A stretch of DNA of 64,000 bases from Candidatus Shapirobacteria bacterium (GTDB lineage: Bacteria > Patescibacteriota > Microgenomatia > UBA12405): assembly GCA_041649835.1 (NCBI GenBank), contig JBAZML010000003.1, forward strand, positions 1,451 through 65,450, read 5' to 3'. Position numbers and translations under genes: made by a program. Positions 40,331-50,872 of the stretch are shown here, piece after piece. The number at the start of each line of letters is the position of its first letter. Position 1 is the stretch's first letter. The notes under the pieces were generated by a model. It worked only from the letters and a program-made list of their open reading frames with translations. It had not been told where the DNA came from and made no database searches.

Positions 40331-41318
40331 AGTCCTATCAGGAACCAAGGTCGTTTTACGTTTAGACCTTGATTTACCTTTTTCCGAGAATACAATTCTC
40401 GACAATTCGAGGCTTCAGAAGTCTCTGTCCACCATTAAACTTTTACTCGAAAAAAAGTGCAAAATTTTAATCATCGGACACAGAGGTAGACCCGAAGGTA
40501 TCGATGAATCTCAGTCATTACGTCCTGTCTATCTGGAATTAATGTCACTTTTAGAACCCAATGGTGAAAATTTAATTAATAGTGTTTTTGTGCCGGAAAT
40601 TAATCAGGATGTTATTGATCAGGCTCTAGCTGTCAACCAAATTGTATTTTTAGAAAATCTCCGTTTTTGGCCGGGTGAAGAGGCTAATGATCCGGAATTT
40701 TTGACACCTCTGGCCAATATTTGTCAGGCTTACATTTGCGATGCCTTTGCTGTCGCCCATCGGGCTCATGCTTCAATGACTTTATGGCAAAAATTGCCAG
40801 CCTTTTATGGTCTCAGTTTTATGGACGAATATTCTCATTTAGAAGCACTGATAAATCCGGCTCGTCCATTTATTTTAGTTTTAGGTGGTGCCAAAGAAGA
40901 CAAAATAAAACATCTTGATAAATTGATTCCTCTTTGTGACCAGATTTTAATTGGTGGCAAATTGCCAAAACTTTTAACTCTTACCGATCCAAAGATTATT
41001 CCCGCCACTTTAATTCCCGATGGCTTTGATATTGATGAAGCCGCTATTGCCAAATTTACTGAAATAATAAATGGTGCAAAAACAATCATTTGGGCAGGTG
41101 CTATGGGTTTTTATGAGAAGCCAGAATATCAAAATGGAACTGAAAAAATTGCCGCTGCTATAGCTGAGGCCAATGCTTACAAAGTTATCGCTGGCGGTGA
41201 TACAGGTGCTTCAGTTGTTAAACTTGGGCTAAAGGATAAATTTGATTTTGTTTGTTCTGGTGGGGGAGTTCTTCTCGAATTCTTAGTCAAACACGACCTT
41301 CCAGCCTGGTCAATTTAA
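40308..41318 (+). CDS. pgk: Phosphoglycerate kinase (short, 336 aa)
   Basis: GHRGRP, LENLRF, DAFAVAHRAHAS, GGAK, GGDT, SGGG. Confidence 0.9.
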   Translation: MKLKSVSEVLSGTKVVLRLDLDLPFSENTILDNSRLQKSLSTIKLLLEKKCKILIIGHRGRPEGIDESQSLRPVYLELMSLLEPNGENLINSVFVPEINQDVIDQALAVNQIVFLENLRFWPGEEANDPEFLTPLANICQAYICDAFAVAHRAHASMTLWQKLPAFYGLSFMDEYSHLEALINPARPFILVLGGAKEDKIKHLDKLIPLCDQILIGGKLPKLLTLTDPKIIPATLIPDGFDIDEAAIAKFTEIINGAKTIIWAGAMGFYEKPEYQNGTEKIAAAIAEANAYKVIAGGDTGASVVKLGLKDKFDFVCSGGGVLLEFLVKHDLPAWSI

Positions 41319-41376
41319 GTATTTTTTCACGAATTTACATCGAAATGTCATTAATTTTTTAATGTATTATTAGTTT

Positions 41377-42411
41377 ATGACAAATAAAAAACTTGTAATT
41401 GGTATCAATGGTTTTGGTCGGATTGGAAGCGTTGTTCTTCGCGCCATAAATGCTGAAAAATATGACATAGATGTTGGAGCAATTAATGTCAAAAGCGAGA
41501 TGGAAATGGAGGCTTATGCTTTGCAGTTAAAATACGATTCAGTTTATGGACGTTTTCCCGGTAAAGTTTCTTTTTCCGAACCGGAAAAGGCCGGGGAGTT
41601 AGGTCGTTTACTTGTCAATGATATTCCTATCCCTTTTCTGGTTGGCAGTGACCCTTCACGTATTCCTTGGAAAAATTATGGTGTTGACATCGTTTTAGAA
41701 TGTACCGGCGCTTTTACCGATTCTAAAGCGGGACTCCATCTCAAAGGTGGTGCCAAAAAGGTTGTCATCTCCGCTCCAACCAAAGACAAAACAATTCCAA
41801 CTTACATAATGGGAGTCAATGAGAATGATTATCACGGTGAAACAATTGTTTCCAATGGTTCTTGCACCACTCAATGTGTAGCTCCGGTAGTAAAACTAAT
41901 CGACCAAAAAATTGGATTTCAAGAGGGTGTTTTAACCACTATTCACGCCTATACAACTAATCAAAATATTGTTGATGGTGCCGGTAAAGATGCTCGTCGT
42001 GCCCGCGCAGCAGCCATCAATATTGTTCCAACTTCCACTGGTGCTGCCGAGGCCGTTATCGCTTGTTACCCAGAAGCTCGTGGTCGTTTCATGGGTACAG
42101 CTATTAGAGTTCCTGTAATTTGTGGTTCTTATTCTGACATAACCTTCAAATTAGTCCGTGGTACCACCATAGAAGAAGTAAATTCAATTTTTGAAGATGC
42201 TGCCTGTCAGACAACAATGGTTGGTAAAGTAAAAGTCTCTTACGAACCCCTTGTTTCTTCCGATATCATCGGTAATAACGCTTCTTGTGTCATCGACACC
42301 CGTATGACCAAGGTAGTTAGTGGTGATATGATTTCTATCGGTGCCTGGTATGACAATGAATACGGTTATAGCTGCCGTCTCATTGAAATGGCACTCCATA
42401 TATGGAAATAA
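41377..42411 (+). CDS. gap: Glyceraldehyde-3-phosphate dehydrogenase type I
   Basis: GINGFGRIG, SNGSCTT, WYDNEYGY. Confidence 0.97.
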   Translation: MTNKKLVIGINGFGRIGSVVLRAINAEKYDIDVGAINVKSEMEMEAYALQLKYDSVYGRFPGKVSFSEPEKAGELGRLLVNDIPIPFLVGSDPSRIPWKNYGVDIVLECTGAFTDSKAGLHLKGGAKKVVISAPTKDKTIPTYIMGVNENDYHGETIVSNGSCTTQCVAPVVKLIDQKIGFQEGVLTTIHAYTTNQNIVDGAGKDARRARAAAINIVPTSTGAAEAVIACYPEARGRFMGTAIRVPVICGSYSDITFKLVRGTTIEEVNSIFEDAACQTTMVGKVKVSYEPLVSSDIIGNNASCVIDTRMTKVVSGDMISIGAWYDNEYGYSCRLIEMALHIWK

Positions 42412-43004
42412 TTCCTACCACTAATCCTCAACTTGATTTTCGGGAAGCTGAAAAACGTATCGCTCAAATAAAAGATTTATCGACTTGGATTCAGGTTGAT
42501 GTTACTGATGGAATATTAGTCAAACCCCCCACTTTTTTTCTCGAACTTTTGAATCGCACTGATCTAATTTTGGAAAATAACCTTTTTGATATTCATTTAA
42601 TGGTCAAAGAACCAATAAATTGGATAAAAAAATGTGTTTTTGTTCAGGCCTCACGGATAATCGGTCAGGTTGAGATGATGTCAGATAGAGAAAAATTTGT
42701 TACAGAAGCCAAGAATAATGGTTTAGAAGTTGGTCTCGCTTTCGATGTTGACACTCCACTTGATTCAAACATTCCTCCAGAAACAGATTTAATTCTTTTG
42801 ATGGGTCGTCACATGGGCTTTGAACCTCTACCTTTAAACATTAAAATTTACGAAAGTATCAGTTATCTTAAGGATTTAGGTTTGAAGGTAGCTTTAGATG
42901 GGGGAGTAACTCTCGATAATTTTCAAAAAATTAGTGACACAGGAATTGATATCATTTATTCAGGACATAATTATTTAGATTTAACTCATGAAAAAAATTC
43001 ATAA
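42402..43004 (+). CDS. rpe: Ribulose-phosphate 3-epimerase (divergent)
   Basis: DVTDG, DIHLMV..P, LDGGV. Confidence 0.8.
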   Translation: MEIIPTTNPQLDFREAEKRIAQIKDLSTWIQVDVTDGILVKPPTFFLELLNRTDLILENNLFDIHLMVKEPINWIKKCVFVQASRIIGQVEMMSDREKFVTEAKNNGLEVGLAFDVDTPLDSNIPPETDLILLMGRHMGFEPLPLNIKIYESISYLKDLGLKVALDGGVTLDNFQKISDTGIDIIYSGHNYLDLTHEKNS

Positions 43005-43566
43005 ACGTCCCTTTCATGTTGCTTTTTTTGGTAATGCTTCTACAAAAAAAAGTGATTCTTCTTTTGTTGATGCTTACGATACCGCCCAACTTTTGGCAAA
43101 AAATAAATGCACCATTTTGAATGGTGGAGGTCCGGGAATTATGTTAGCCTCTACTTTGGGAGCAAAATCAGTCAAAGGACGTGCTGAAGTAGTGGTTATT
43201 AATCCTAAAAATCAACCCGGGCACTATGAAGGTCAATTTTTTGAAAATATTTCAGAGGCTAATCGAAAATTTGTTTTAAAATCGTATCAGGGACGAATCA
43301 ACAAGTTAATTAAATTAGCCAATGCTTATGTTGTTTTTTATGGAGGTACCGGTACTCTTGCTGAAATGTCATTTGTTTGGAGTGAAGCAAAATTTGCTTA
43401 TCCACGTCAAAAACCCATCATCTTTTTTGGTAAAAAATGGAAAAAAATAATTAACACCTTAATTAAAGAATTGAATTTGGAAAAAATGGAACAGAAAGTC
43501 TGTTATTTCGCCGATACTCCCGACAAAGTTCTTGAGATATTGAAAGGATTTAGTAAAAAAATCTGA
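42988..43566 (+). CDS. LOG family nucleotide phosphoribohydrolase
   Basis: GGGPGIM and GGTGTLAE. Confidence 0.85.
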   Translation: MKKIHKRPFHVAFFGNASTKKSDSSFVDAYDTAQLLAKNKCTILNGGGPGIMLASTLGAKSVKGRAEVVVINPKNQPGHYEGQFFENISEANRKFVLKSYQGRINKLIKLANAYVVFYGGTGTLAEMSFVWSEAKFAYPRQKPIIFFGKKWKKIINTLIKELNLEKMEQKVCYFADTPDKVLEILKGFSKKI

Positions 43567-43570
43567 GTCC

Positions 43571-44656
43571 TTATTCCAAATAATCCTGAAGTTTTTTTCT
43601 ACGACTTGGATGACGTAATTTTCGTAAAGCTTTGGCCTCAATTTGTCTAATTCTTTCACGGGTAACGTTGAATATTTTACCCACTTCCTCGAGAGTTTTT
43701 GGTGTTTCTCCCATTAAGCCAAATCGGAGTGACAATACTTTCGCCTCTCTTTCATCTAAAGATCCCAAGACCTCTTCAATTGATTCTCTTAATAGTTCCT
43801 TGGAAGTTTCTTCATAGGGGCTTGGTTGAGTGGTATCCTCAATAAAATCTCCCAAAAATGAATCTTCATCATCTCCAACCGGAGTAGCCAGTGATGTTGT
43901 GTCTTGTGAAATCCGGTAAATTTCTTCAACTTTCTCAATAGTGATGCCCACTTCTGCGGCAATTTCTTCAATAGCTGGTTCTCGACCCAGTCTTTGGGTT
44001 AAGGCTCTGGTGGCTTTGTAAACTTTATTAATAGTTTCTACCATGTGTACTGGAATGCGAATTGTTTTTGCCTGATCAGCAATAGCCCGAGTGATGGCTT
44101 GTCGAATCCACCAGGTAGCGTAAGTCGAAAATTTAAAACCACGTTTCCAATCAAATTTTTCTACAGCTCTCATCAAGCCCTGATTACCTTCCTGGACTAA
44201 ATCTAAAAATGTTAAGCCTCGGCCAATATATTTTTTAGCAATTGAAACAACTAGTCTCAAATTTGCGTTGATAAGATCAGCCCTAGCTTCGTCGGAACCT
44301 TTTTCAATGGCTTTTGCCAGTTCAACTTCTTTATCGAAATTAATTAAATCAATTTTTCCAATTTCTTTGAGGTACATTCGGACCGAATCCATGCTGTTTT
44401 TTTGTGAAAGCAAAGCCAACAAATCAGCACTACTCAACTTTCCCTTTTCTGAGTCAATTACTTCACGGGATTCAACTTTGTCAAAAACATCAATACCCTT
44501 GTCAAACAAATAGTCGAAAAGTTGATCAATCTGCTCGACGTATTTTTCTGGTTCTGGAATTAAAGCTAGAATCTCATCGTTAGTTAAGTAACGAAGCTTC
44601 TTTGCTTGAGCAACTAACTTGGTTTTTATTAGAGATATGTTTATTGTTGCTGCCAT
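43571..44656 (-). CDS. rpoD: RNA polymerase primary sigma factor
   Basis: [43 protein letters not shown]. Confidence 0.98.
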   Translation of the reverse strand: MAATINISLIKTKLVAQAKKLRYLTNDEILALIPEPEKYVEQIDQLFDYLFDKGIDVFDKVESREVIDSEKGKLSSADLLALLSQKNSMDSVRMYLKEIGKIDLINFDKEVELAKAIEKGSDEARADLINANLRLVVSIAKKYIGRGLTFLDLVQEGNQGLMRAVEKFDWKRGFKFSTYATWWIRQAITRAIADQAKTIRIPVHMVETINKVYKATRALTQRLGREPAIEEIAAEVGITIEKVEEIYRISQDTTSLATPVGDDEDSFLGDFIEDTTQPSPYEETSKELLRESIEEVLGSLDEREAKVLSLRFGLMGETPKTLEEVGKIFNVTRERIRQIEAKALRKLRHPSRRKKLQDYLE

Positions 44657-44685
44657 AGCTTATTATTCTATCAAAAAAAGTCCTC

Positions 44686-46464
44686 TCAGGACCTAGCTCT
44701 TTGCAATATTGCCAATTTGGTCAATATTTGAGCGTACTGGGCCTCTACTTGGGCGATTTTGTCGTCGTCTTCTGAGGCTTCGAGATTAGCAATTATACCA
44801 CTTAATACTTTTAGCCTGTCCTTTAGTTCTAATTCTTCAATTTGTCTAAGTATTTTACCCCTTTCTTTTTTTCTCTCATCGCTAGTGTTTTGTTCTTCAA
44901 AAGCTCTTAAATACAAATTGTTAAAAGTTTCTATCAATTCCGGTTCGAGTTTTCTAACTATTTTTTCTGCATTAAATATTTTGTATTTTTTTACTACCTC
45001 GCTAATTTTTTTATATCGCAACGTCTGCCACGCCAATAGTTTCATGGCTGCCTTTGGTTTTTTCATTCTTAAAATTAAGGTCATTAATCTTTCTTCAAGT
45101 CTTTCTCTCATGTCACCCCTTTCAACTTCTTCCTTACTCTCCCTCTTTATTGGGATGACGCCATTTTCTGCTTTTAAATATTTTTGAAATTCTTCAACCA
45201 CACTTACTTCATCAGAATTGATAGCCGTTGCCACTTTTTTCAAATAATCTGATCTGATTACCAGATTATTTATTTTTGCCAAAAAAGGCAAAATTGTCAT
45301 CAATATCATTTTTTTACCCTTAGATGTATCGACACCGTAACTATTGATACTCGAATTTAAAATAAAATCCCATATACTTTCAGCTTCTTTTAATTTTTTC
45401 TTAAAAAATTCTAAATCAGCCTTAATCGCTTCGTCAGGATCTTTGTACTTTCCCTCCAAATCCAAAACTCTAATTTCAAAGTCCATTTTATCAGCCAACT
45501 CAATACTTCTAATAGATGCCTTATTTCCGGCAAAATCGGAATCTAATCCCAAGATCAGAGTGTCAGCATATCTTCTAATTAATTGCAGTTGCTCCTCAGT
45601 TAAGGCTGTTCCCTTGATAGCGACAACGTTTTCAATTCCCACCTGATAAGGTGAAATCATATCGAGTTCACCTTCTACAATTATGGCTGTGTTTTCTTTT
45701 TTTATACTTTCTTTGGCCAGATTCAATCCAAAAAACATTTGACTTTTATGGTAGATTTCAGTTTCAGGAGAGTTAATATATTTGGCTAATTCTGGATTTT
45801 TACTACTAGGCAAAATCCTTCCGGAAAATCCTACCACTCGGTCTCGGAAATCAACTTGGGGGAAAATCAGCCTATCTTGAAAACGATCATAAGTTTGACC
45901 GCGGTTATATTGACTCTTACCAAAAGAACCATTTTCCATCAGATCTTCCAGTTTAAAATCCTTCTTAAGTAAATAATTGACAATTAATCGGCTATCCCGA
46001 GGTGCAAAACCAATCATGAATTTACTAATAATTTCCCGACTGATTCCTCTTTTTTCTACATAAGCCAATGCTTCTTTTCCCAAATCATGATTTGTCAAAA
46101 TATAATTATAAAATTTAGAGGCTTCTTTATTTATTTCAAACAATTTTTTCTTTTTTGATTCTTGACCACTAAGTTTTCCGGTGTGTATCAGTTTTATTCC
46201 TGCCATTTTTGCCAAGTCTTCAAGTGCATCTTTGAAATCAATTCTATTGTATTCTTCCATAAAACTAAATACATCGCCTGCTTTTCCACATCCAAAACAT
46301 TTGTAGATTTGTAATTCCTGGGAGACTATAAATGAAGGACTTTTTTCCTGATGAAAAGGACAACAGGCCACATAATGACGACCCCTCTTTTTTAAAGGTA
46401 CAAATTTATTGATAACTTCAACGATGTCCAACTTCTTTTTTATTTCTTCTACCTGATTCTCCAC
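44686..46464 (-). CDS. dnaG: DNA primase
   Basis: CPFH zinc ribbon, KYINSPET, VEG..D, DSDxAG; GTG start. Confidence 0.97.
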   Translation of the reverse strand: MENQVEEIKKKLDIVEVINKFVPLKKRGRHYVACCPFHQEKSPSFIVSQELQIYKCFGCGKAGDVFSFMEEYNRIDFKDALEDLAKMAGIKLIHTGKLSGQESKKKKLFEINKEASKFYNYILTNHDLGKEALAYVEKRGISREIISKFMIGFAPRDSRLIVNYLLKKDFKLEDLMENGSFGKSQYNRGQTYDRFQDRLIFPQVDFRDRVVGFSGRILPSSKNPELAKYINSPETEIYHKSQMFFGLNLAKESIKKENTAIIVEGELDMISPYQVGIENVVAIKGTALTEEQLQLIRRYADTLILGLDSDFAGNKASIRSIELADKMDFEIRVLDLEGKYKDPDEAIKADLEFFKKKLKEAESIWDFILNSSINSYGVDTSKGKKMILMTILPFLAKINNLVIRSDYLKKVATAINSDEVSVVEEFQKYLKAENGVIPIKRESKEEVERGDMRERLEERLMTLILRMKKPKAAMKLLAWQTLRYKKISEVVKKYKIFNAEKIVRKLEPELIETFNNLYLRAFEEQNTSDERKKERGKILRQIEELELKDRLKVLSGIIANLEASEDDDKIAQVEAQYAQILTKLAILQRARS

Positions 46465-46480
46465 TGGCCTATTCTAACAT

Positions 46481-46963
46481 TTATTCATTAATTCCGAATT
46501 CTTCCAACACTTTCTGAATTTTTTCAAAATATCCCGGAAAAACTAAATATTTTTTTAAATCTTTTATTTTCACCCACCTATATTTTTTAATTTCGTGTTC
46601 GTCAATTTTTATTTCCTTGCTTTTGCCCAAAAATATAACCAAAAAGCGAATTCTTTCCTGTCCTATATATGTTTTTCCGTCTTTCTCCAATCTATGTATG
46701 ACATAGTCTTTCGGCCACTTATATTTATCAATTTCTTTTCCGACTTTTTTTATTTCAAATTTATTAGATCCCAATTCTTCCCTTAATTCCCGTAATATAG
46801 TTTCATTTGCTTTTTCACCATTATCAATTCCACCACCCGGGAAATCCCATTCTTTACGTTGATGATTCTGTTTATTAATGACTAATATTTTATTATTTTT
46901 GTTTATAACCAGTGCCACTGTACTTTTTCGGTAACCCAATTTTTTCCAATCAATTTTATCCAT
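46481..46963 (-). CDS. Nudix hydrolase (RppH-like)
   Basis: GGIDNGE...RELREELG; GQxxxxF. Confidence 0.85.
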   Translation of the reverse strand: MDKIDWKKLGYRKSTVALVINKNNKILVINKQNHQRKEWDFPGGGIDNGEKANETILRELREELGSNKFEIKKVGKEIDKYKWPKDYVIHRLEKDGKTYIGQERIRFLVIFLGKSKEIKIDEHEIKKYRWVKIKDLKKYLVFPGYFEKIQKVLEEFGINE

Positions 46964-48219
46964 TAAATTATTGCCTCTTTAATTGCTACCCGAATATGTT
47001 TTGGTGTTATAAAAATCAACACTACTACCAAACAAAAATTAAACACTCCCAAAAATGAAAATGCTGCTCCAATTCCAAACCAATCTGCTGTAATTCCCGC
47101 CAAGGCCGGTCCGATGACAAATCCAATATTGGTGGTAAAGTCGTTCAATCCTTCAATTTCGCCCTGATATTTTTTTGACTCTGTAATGTAGTCAACGTAG
47201 GCTCCCTTTATTGCTGGCCAGGCAATAGACCCAAGAGTTGCCGACACTAGAGATACTCCCAATAAAATATATGGATTTTTAATAAATCCAAAAGATATTA
47301 ATAATAAAGATGACCCTAAAAACGAAAAATAGGCCGTTCTTTTTTTGCCAAATTTTCTCGTAATTGGCTCTACAAACCAACCAGTTACTAGCATTGGCAG
47401 GGTATAGGTGGTCATAAATAAACCGCTAAAATCTTTTACATTCTTAAAATTTTCCGCAAACATTGGACCTATTGTCCAAAATGTAGAATCAAATATATAC
47501 AACATTGTATTAAAAATTAACACTGGGTAGAGGATAGAACTGACATTTTTCCACAGCTTTAATTCACGTAACCAATCAATAGATTTTCTCTTGGCCTCCA
47601 ATCCCTGATGAAATCCCCGTCGGGTCGAATAGCTTGTTAGAACAACAAAAAATACTGCCGAAATTATCAAAAATAAAAATGCATAAATAAGTGGAGACAT
47701 GGAAATAATTTGATCAGTAATTATAAGTGATGCAATTATTGGGGCAATTAAATATCCAACTGATTTGAAAATACTGACTATTCCAAAGTTCTGACAATGT
47801 TCTTCTTTCTCTGAGTTACCACTAACAAAATCAAATAATCCAAAATTAAATACGTCATAATACAATCCCCACACTGCCATACAAAATATAAATAAAACAG
47901 TGCTGTTTGCTGACCACAGCAGTAGAGGATACGTAAACGATAAAAAAAACAATATTAAAAATAATCGCACATAGTGTGTATTTTTAAATAGTTTACTGAT
48001 CAAAAAATCAAATATCGCTCCGGCCAGTGATGAAGACGCAATTATCAATCCGATTGCCGTTTTTGAATAACCGTGATTTTCAATTAGTATTGGGGTAATA
48101 AATGAGATGATTCCATCAAACATGCTCCAAAACAAAATCATCAACGAAGCAGTATATAAGACTTTATGTTCCCGGCTATAACTGGCAATACTCTTGCCAA
48201 CAATATTTTTCAAAGCCAT
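46963..48219 (-). CDS. MFS transporter
   Basis: 12 TMs; TRKFGKKR motif; GPALAG. Confidence 0.85.
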   Translation of the reverse strand: MALKNIVGKSIASYSREHKVLYTASLMILFWSMFDGIISFITPILIENHGYSKTAIGLIIASSSLAGAIFDFLISKLFKNTHYVRLFLILFFLSFTYPLLLWSANSTVLFIFCMAVWGLYYDVFNFGLFDFVSGNSEKEEHCQNFGIVSIFKSVGYLIAPIIASLIITDQIISMSPLIYAFLFLIISAVFFVVLTSYSTRRGFHQGLEAKRKSIDWLRELKLWKNVSSILYPVLIFNTMLYIFDSTFWTIGPMFAENFKNVKDFSGLFMTTYTLPMLVTGWFVEPITRKFGKKRTAYFSFLGSSLLLISFGFIKNPYILLGVSLVSATLGSIAWPAIKGAYVDYITESKKYQGEIEGLNDFTTNIGFVIGPALAGITADWFGIGAAFSFLGVFNFCLVVVLIFITPKHIRVAIKEAII

Positions 48220-48241
48220 AATTATTTATACACTATTGAAT

Positions 48242-49312
48242 TCAATGATCGCGGTTTACCAAAAAATCAGGTAGATATTCCAAATAGCTTCTGGCTGGGT
48301 TTTCCTTTAAAAAACCTAACTCATTTTTAAAATATTCCTTGGCCTCAGCTGCAAATTTATTCATTAAATTTTGAGCATAGTCCAAACTTTTACATTCTTC
48401 CATTTTTTGAATCACCCATTTTACTTCTGTTTCATTTTTATTTTCTCGGCATTTTTCCATAATTTTTTCCAGCTTGTCCTTATCACTACCATTAATTGTT
48501 CTCATTAGATGGGCTAGCATTATGGTTCTTTTCCCTTCATAGATATCATTTCCGCATTGTTTTTTTTGTCCACAAAAATCAGAAGTTAAATCCAAGAGAT
48601 CATCTTTAATCTGAAAACAATATCCGGTTAATTTTCCAAATTCATAAATTTTTTCCAACTGTTCAGAAGTTGCTCCGGCAATAATTGCCCCTTCTCTCAT
48701 CGGCCCAGCCACAGTGTAATAGCCGGTCTTGCTTTCTAAAATCAATAATATGTCGTCATCGGATAATTTTTTTTTGTTTTCTTGAGCCCATTTAATTTCA
48801 ATAGTTTGACCCAAAATAGTACGTTTTATAATTTTTGTAAATTCTTCCATAATAAGAAATGTTTTTTCTGCGCCCAGAATCAGTCGGTTGTCTTGAAGTA
48901 TCTCCCACATTAATAAATGCAAAGCGTCACCAGTGTTAATTGCCAATTCTTTTGAATATTTTCGATGTAAAGTTATTTCTCCCCTTCGTTCTAATGAATC
49001 ATCTTCAACATCATCATGAATTAATATCCATTCTTCAGAGATTTGTTGGGCTGCAGCCGTATTTATTAAAATATCAACAGGTACTCCCATTGCTTCACCT
49101 GCCAAAATTACCAAACAGGGTCTGAAATATTTACCCATTCTCTTAGGATAAACATCAACCATTTCCTGATTAAAATCCATTAGATTTTGATACTTTGCCG
49201 CTGGACAGCAAAAATCGTCAAATTTATTTACGAGTTTTATTTTTTTTTCTATTATTGGCCACACTAATTCCCGATTTTTTTTAAGTAAATTTACGAAGTC
49301 TTGATGTTGCAT
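48242..49312 (-). CDS. Polyprenyl (FPP/GGPP) diphosphate synthase
   Basis: GKYFRP, LIHDDVEDDSLERRG, KT, FQIKDDLLD, EGKRT. Confidence 0.95.
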   Translation of the reverse strand: MQHQDFVNLLKKNRELVWPIIEKKIKLVNKFDDFCCPAAKYQNLMDFNQEMVDVYPKRMGKYFRPCLVILAGEAMGVPVDILINTAAAQQISEEWILIHDDVEDDSLERRGEITLHRKYSKELAINTGDALHLLMWEILQDNRLILGAEKTFLIMEEFTKIIKRTILGQTIEIKWAQENKKKLSDDDILLILESKTGYYTVAGPMREGAIIAGATSEQLEKIYEFGKLTGYCFQIKDDLLDLTSDFCGQKKQCGNDIYEGKRTIMLAHLMRTINGSDKDKLEKIMEKCRENKNETEVKWVIQKMEECKSLDYAQNLMNKFAAEAKEYFKNELGFLKENPARSYLEYLPDFLVNRDH

Positions 49313-49318
49313 ACTGTT

Positions 49319-50461
49319 TTAGTCGTTACTGGCTACCAAAGTCTCCTCTTTTTTTATTTTCGCTCCGGCACTAACCAGTATTTTGTCAAAAGTGTAAGGT
49401 GACAATATATATAAAACCTCAAAAGTTGCTACCGACAATTCAAAAGCACAAGGAATTTGATTTGTCACAAAAAATGCTCCTGCTCCTAAAATTAATGCGT
49501 TTTTAAAGCTCCCTCTCATTTTTTCCCTAAATATCTTATCAACGATTATTTGGTCCACTTGTCTCTTTGTTGCAATTTCTGCATCGATTCTGTGTCTTGT
49601 ATAGCTGGAGTGTATTACGGTCAAAAATGTACCAACCGCAGTAATCATATTCATAGTGGTATTTTGTCTGGTCAAATCAGCAACTAACCACCAACTTTCA
49701 AAATCAATTGGAAAATGTCTCAATAAAATTATTGACAATATCAACACAGTTCCACTAAATCCACTGCTTTGAATCAGAATTTTATTGTAATTTATCCTTG
49801 CCCCAAGTAATTTTTTGTTATTAGTCAAAAATACTTTAAATACTCTCCAAAGTAGTTTTGCGGCTGCAAAAAACAGAGAAATTCCAAGCCATATCAAAAG
49901 AATAATTTTCCAATCTACCGTTATTGTTTCAGTTACCTTAAAGAAAGGAAAATTAAAGATAGTTCCTACTAGTGGGTAGTCAGGTCTTGGTACCCACGAA
50001 TAAAGATATGAGGGATCAAGTTTTTGACTATAAAAATCTATTAAAAATATTCGGCCGGCTGAAAAAAAAGCAATTGCATTAACTACAAAGTTAAAAATAT
50101 AAAACACGATACCAATGTCACCTTTTTTAACTTTCTCTGAAAAAACCAAATAAGCTTCATCATTACTACTTTTTTCAATTCCTTCTTCAAAGTCTTTAAA
50201 GGAATGAGACAATCTCATCCCAATAAATCTAAGGGGTAAAAATACAATGTTCTGAACAATACCAATCAGCAGTACCGACACCCAAACCTGTCCGGTTAAA
50301 TAATAAAGACTAAAAAAAGCACTTGCATACAGTCGAAAACTTCCACCTCTAAAAAACCAAATTGTCACCCACACTAAAAAGATTACCAATAGAGTTGTGG
50401 CTATTGGCATCAGCAGTCGGCTGTTGTCTATTTTTCTAATATCCTTGAATGATGAAGTCAC
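49319..50461 (-). CDS. Multi-pass membrane protein, possibly divergent YidC/Oxa1-like
   Basis: LYYLTGQVWVSVLLIGIVQNIVFLPL resembles YidC TM2; GTG 50461 follows TGCTATAAT. Confidence 0.55.
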   Translation of the reverse strand: MTSSFKDIRKIDNSRLLMPIATTLLVIFLVWVTIWFFRGGSFRLYASAFFSLYYLTGQVWVSVLLIGIVQNIVFLPLRFIGMRLSHSFKDFEEGIEKSSNDEAYLVFSEKVKKGDIGIVFYIFNFVVNAIAFFSAGRIFLIDFYSQKLDPSYLYSWVPRPDYPLVGTIFNFPFFKVTETITVDWKIILLIWLGISLFFAAAKLLWRVFKVFLTNNKKLLGARINYNKILIQSSGFSGTVLILSIILLRHFPIDFESWWLVADLTRQNTTMNMITAVGTFLTVIHSSYTRHRIDAEIATKRQVDQIIVDKIFREKMRGSFKNALILGAGAFFVTNQIPCAFELSVATFEVLYILSPYTFDKILVSAGAKIKKEETLVASND

Positions 50462-50500
50462 GCTGTTGGAATTATAGCAACTTTGACCTATACTTTTATA

Positions 50501-50872
50501 ATGCCTGAATCTAGGGAAAGAAATAAAGAAATTCCAAGTAACCCTATTGAGACTCAAATCAAAATAGTCGATATCGGCCGGGAAAATGTTGGTAGCGAGC
50601 CAATTCCTCGGGAGATTAAAACCTGGATGGAGAAAGTCGAGCAGGCATCTTCTTCTCAACCTCAACAGGTAAATGATGATTCCGGCCAGCCACTTTTAAC
50701 CCCAATTGCTCCTCAGGATCCCAAAGTTGTCTTACCGATTAGTCGGAATACCTTTGTTGGAGGCTTTAAAAAAACATGGCTTGACGCTGGTCGTTGGCTT
50801 TCGGTTTTCATATTTCGATTTATAAAAATTAAGAAGGGAGACGTCACCTTCAAATCCGATGACACCCACTAA
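50501..50872 (+). CDS. Hypothetical protein upstream of VirB4-like ATPase
   Basis: ORF overlapping the next gene; C-terminal DAGRWL amphipathic motif. Confidence 0.7.
   Translation: MPESRERNKEIPSNPIETQIKIVDIGRENVGSEPIPREIKTWMEKVEQASSSQPQQVNDDSGQPLLTPIAPQDPKVVLPISRNTFVGGFKKTWLDAGRWLSVFIFRFIKIKKGDVTFKSDDTH

Noticed and set aside
46481-49312. Nudix gene as IPP isomerase in an isoprenoid operon with MFS and prenyltransferase
   Set aside because: Lacks the IDI Cys/His motifs and looks RppH-like; co-location alone is insufficient.
50462-50665. Long N-terminal extension of the 448-aa ORF (also the 8792, 9045 and 21941 starts)
   Set aside because: Overlap divergent genes; downstream starts with adjacent -10 boxes fit better.
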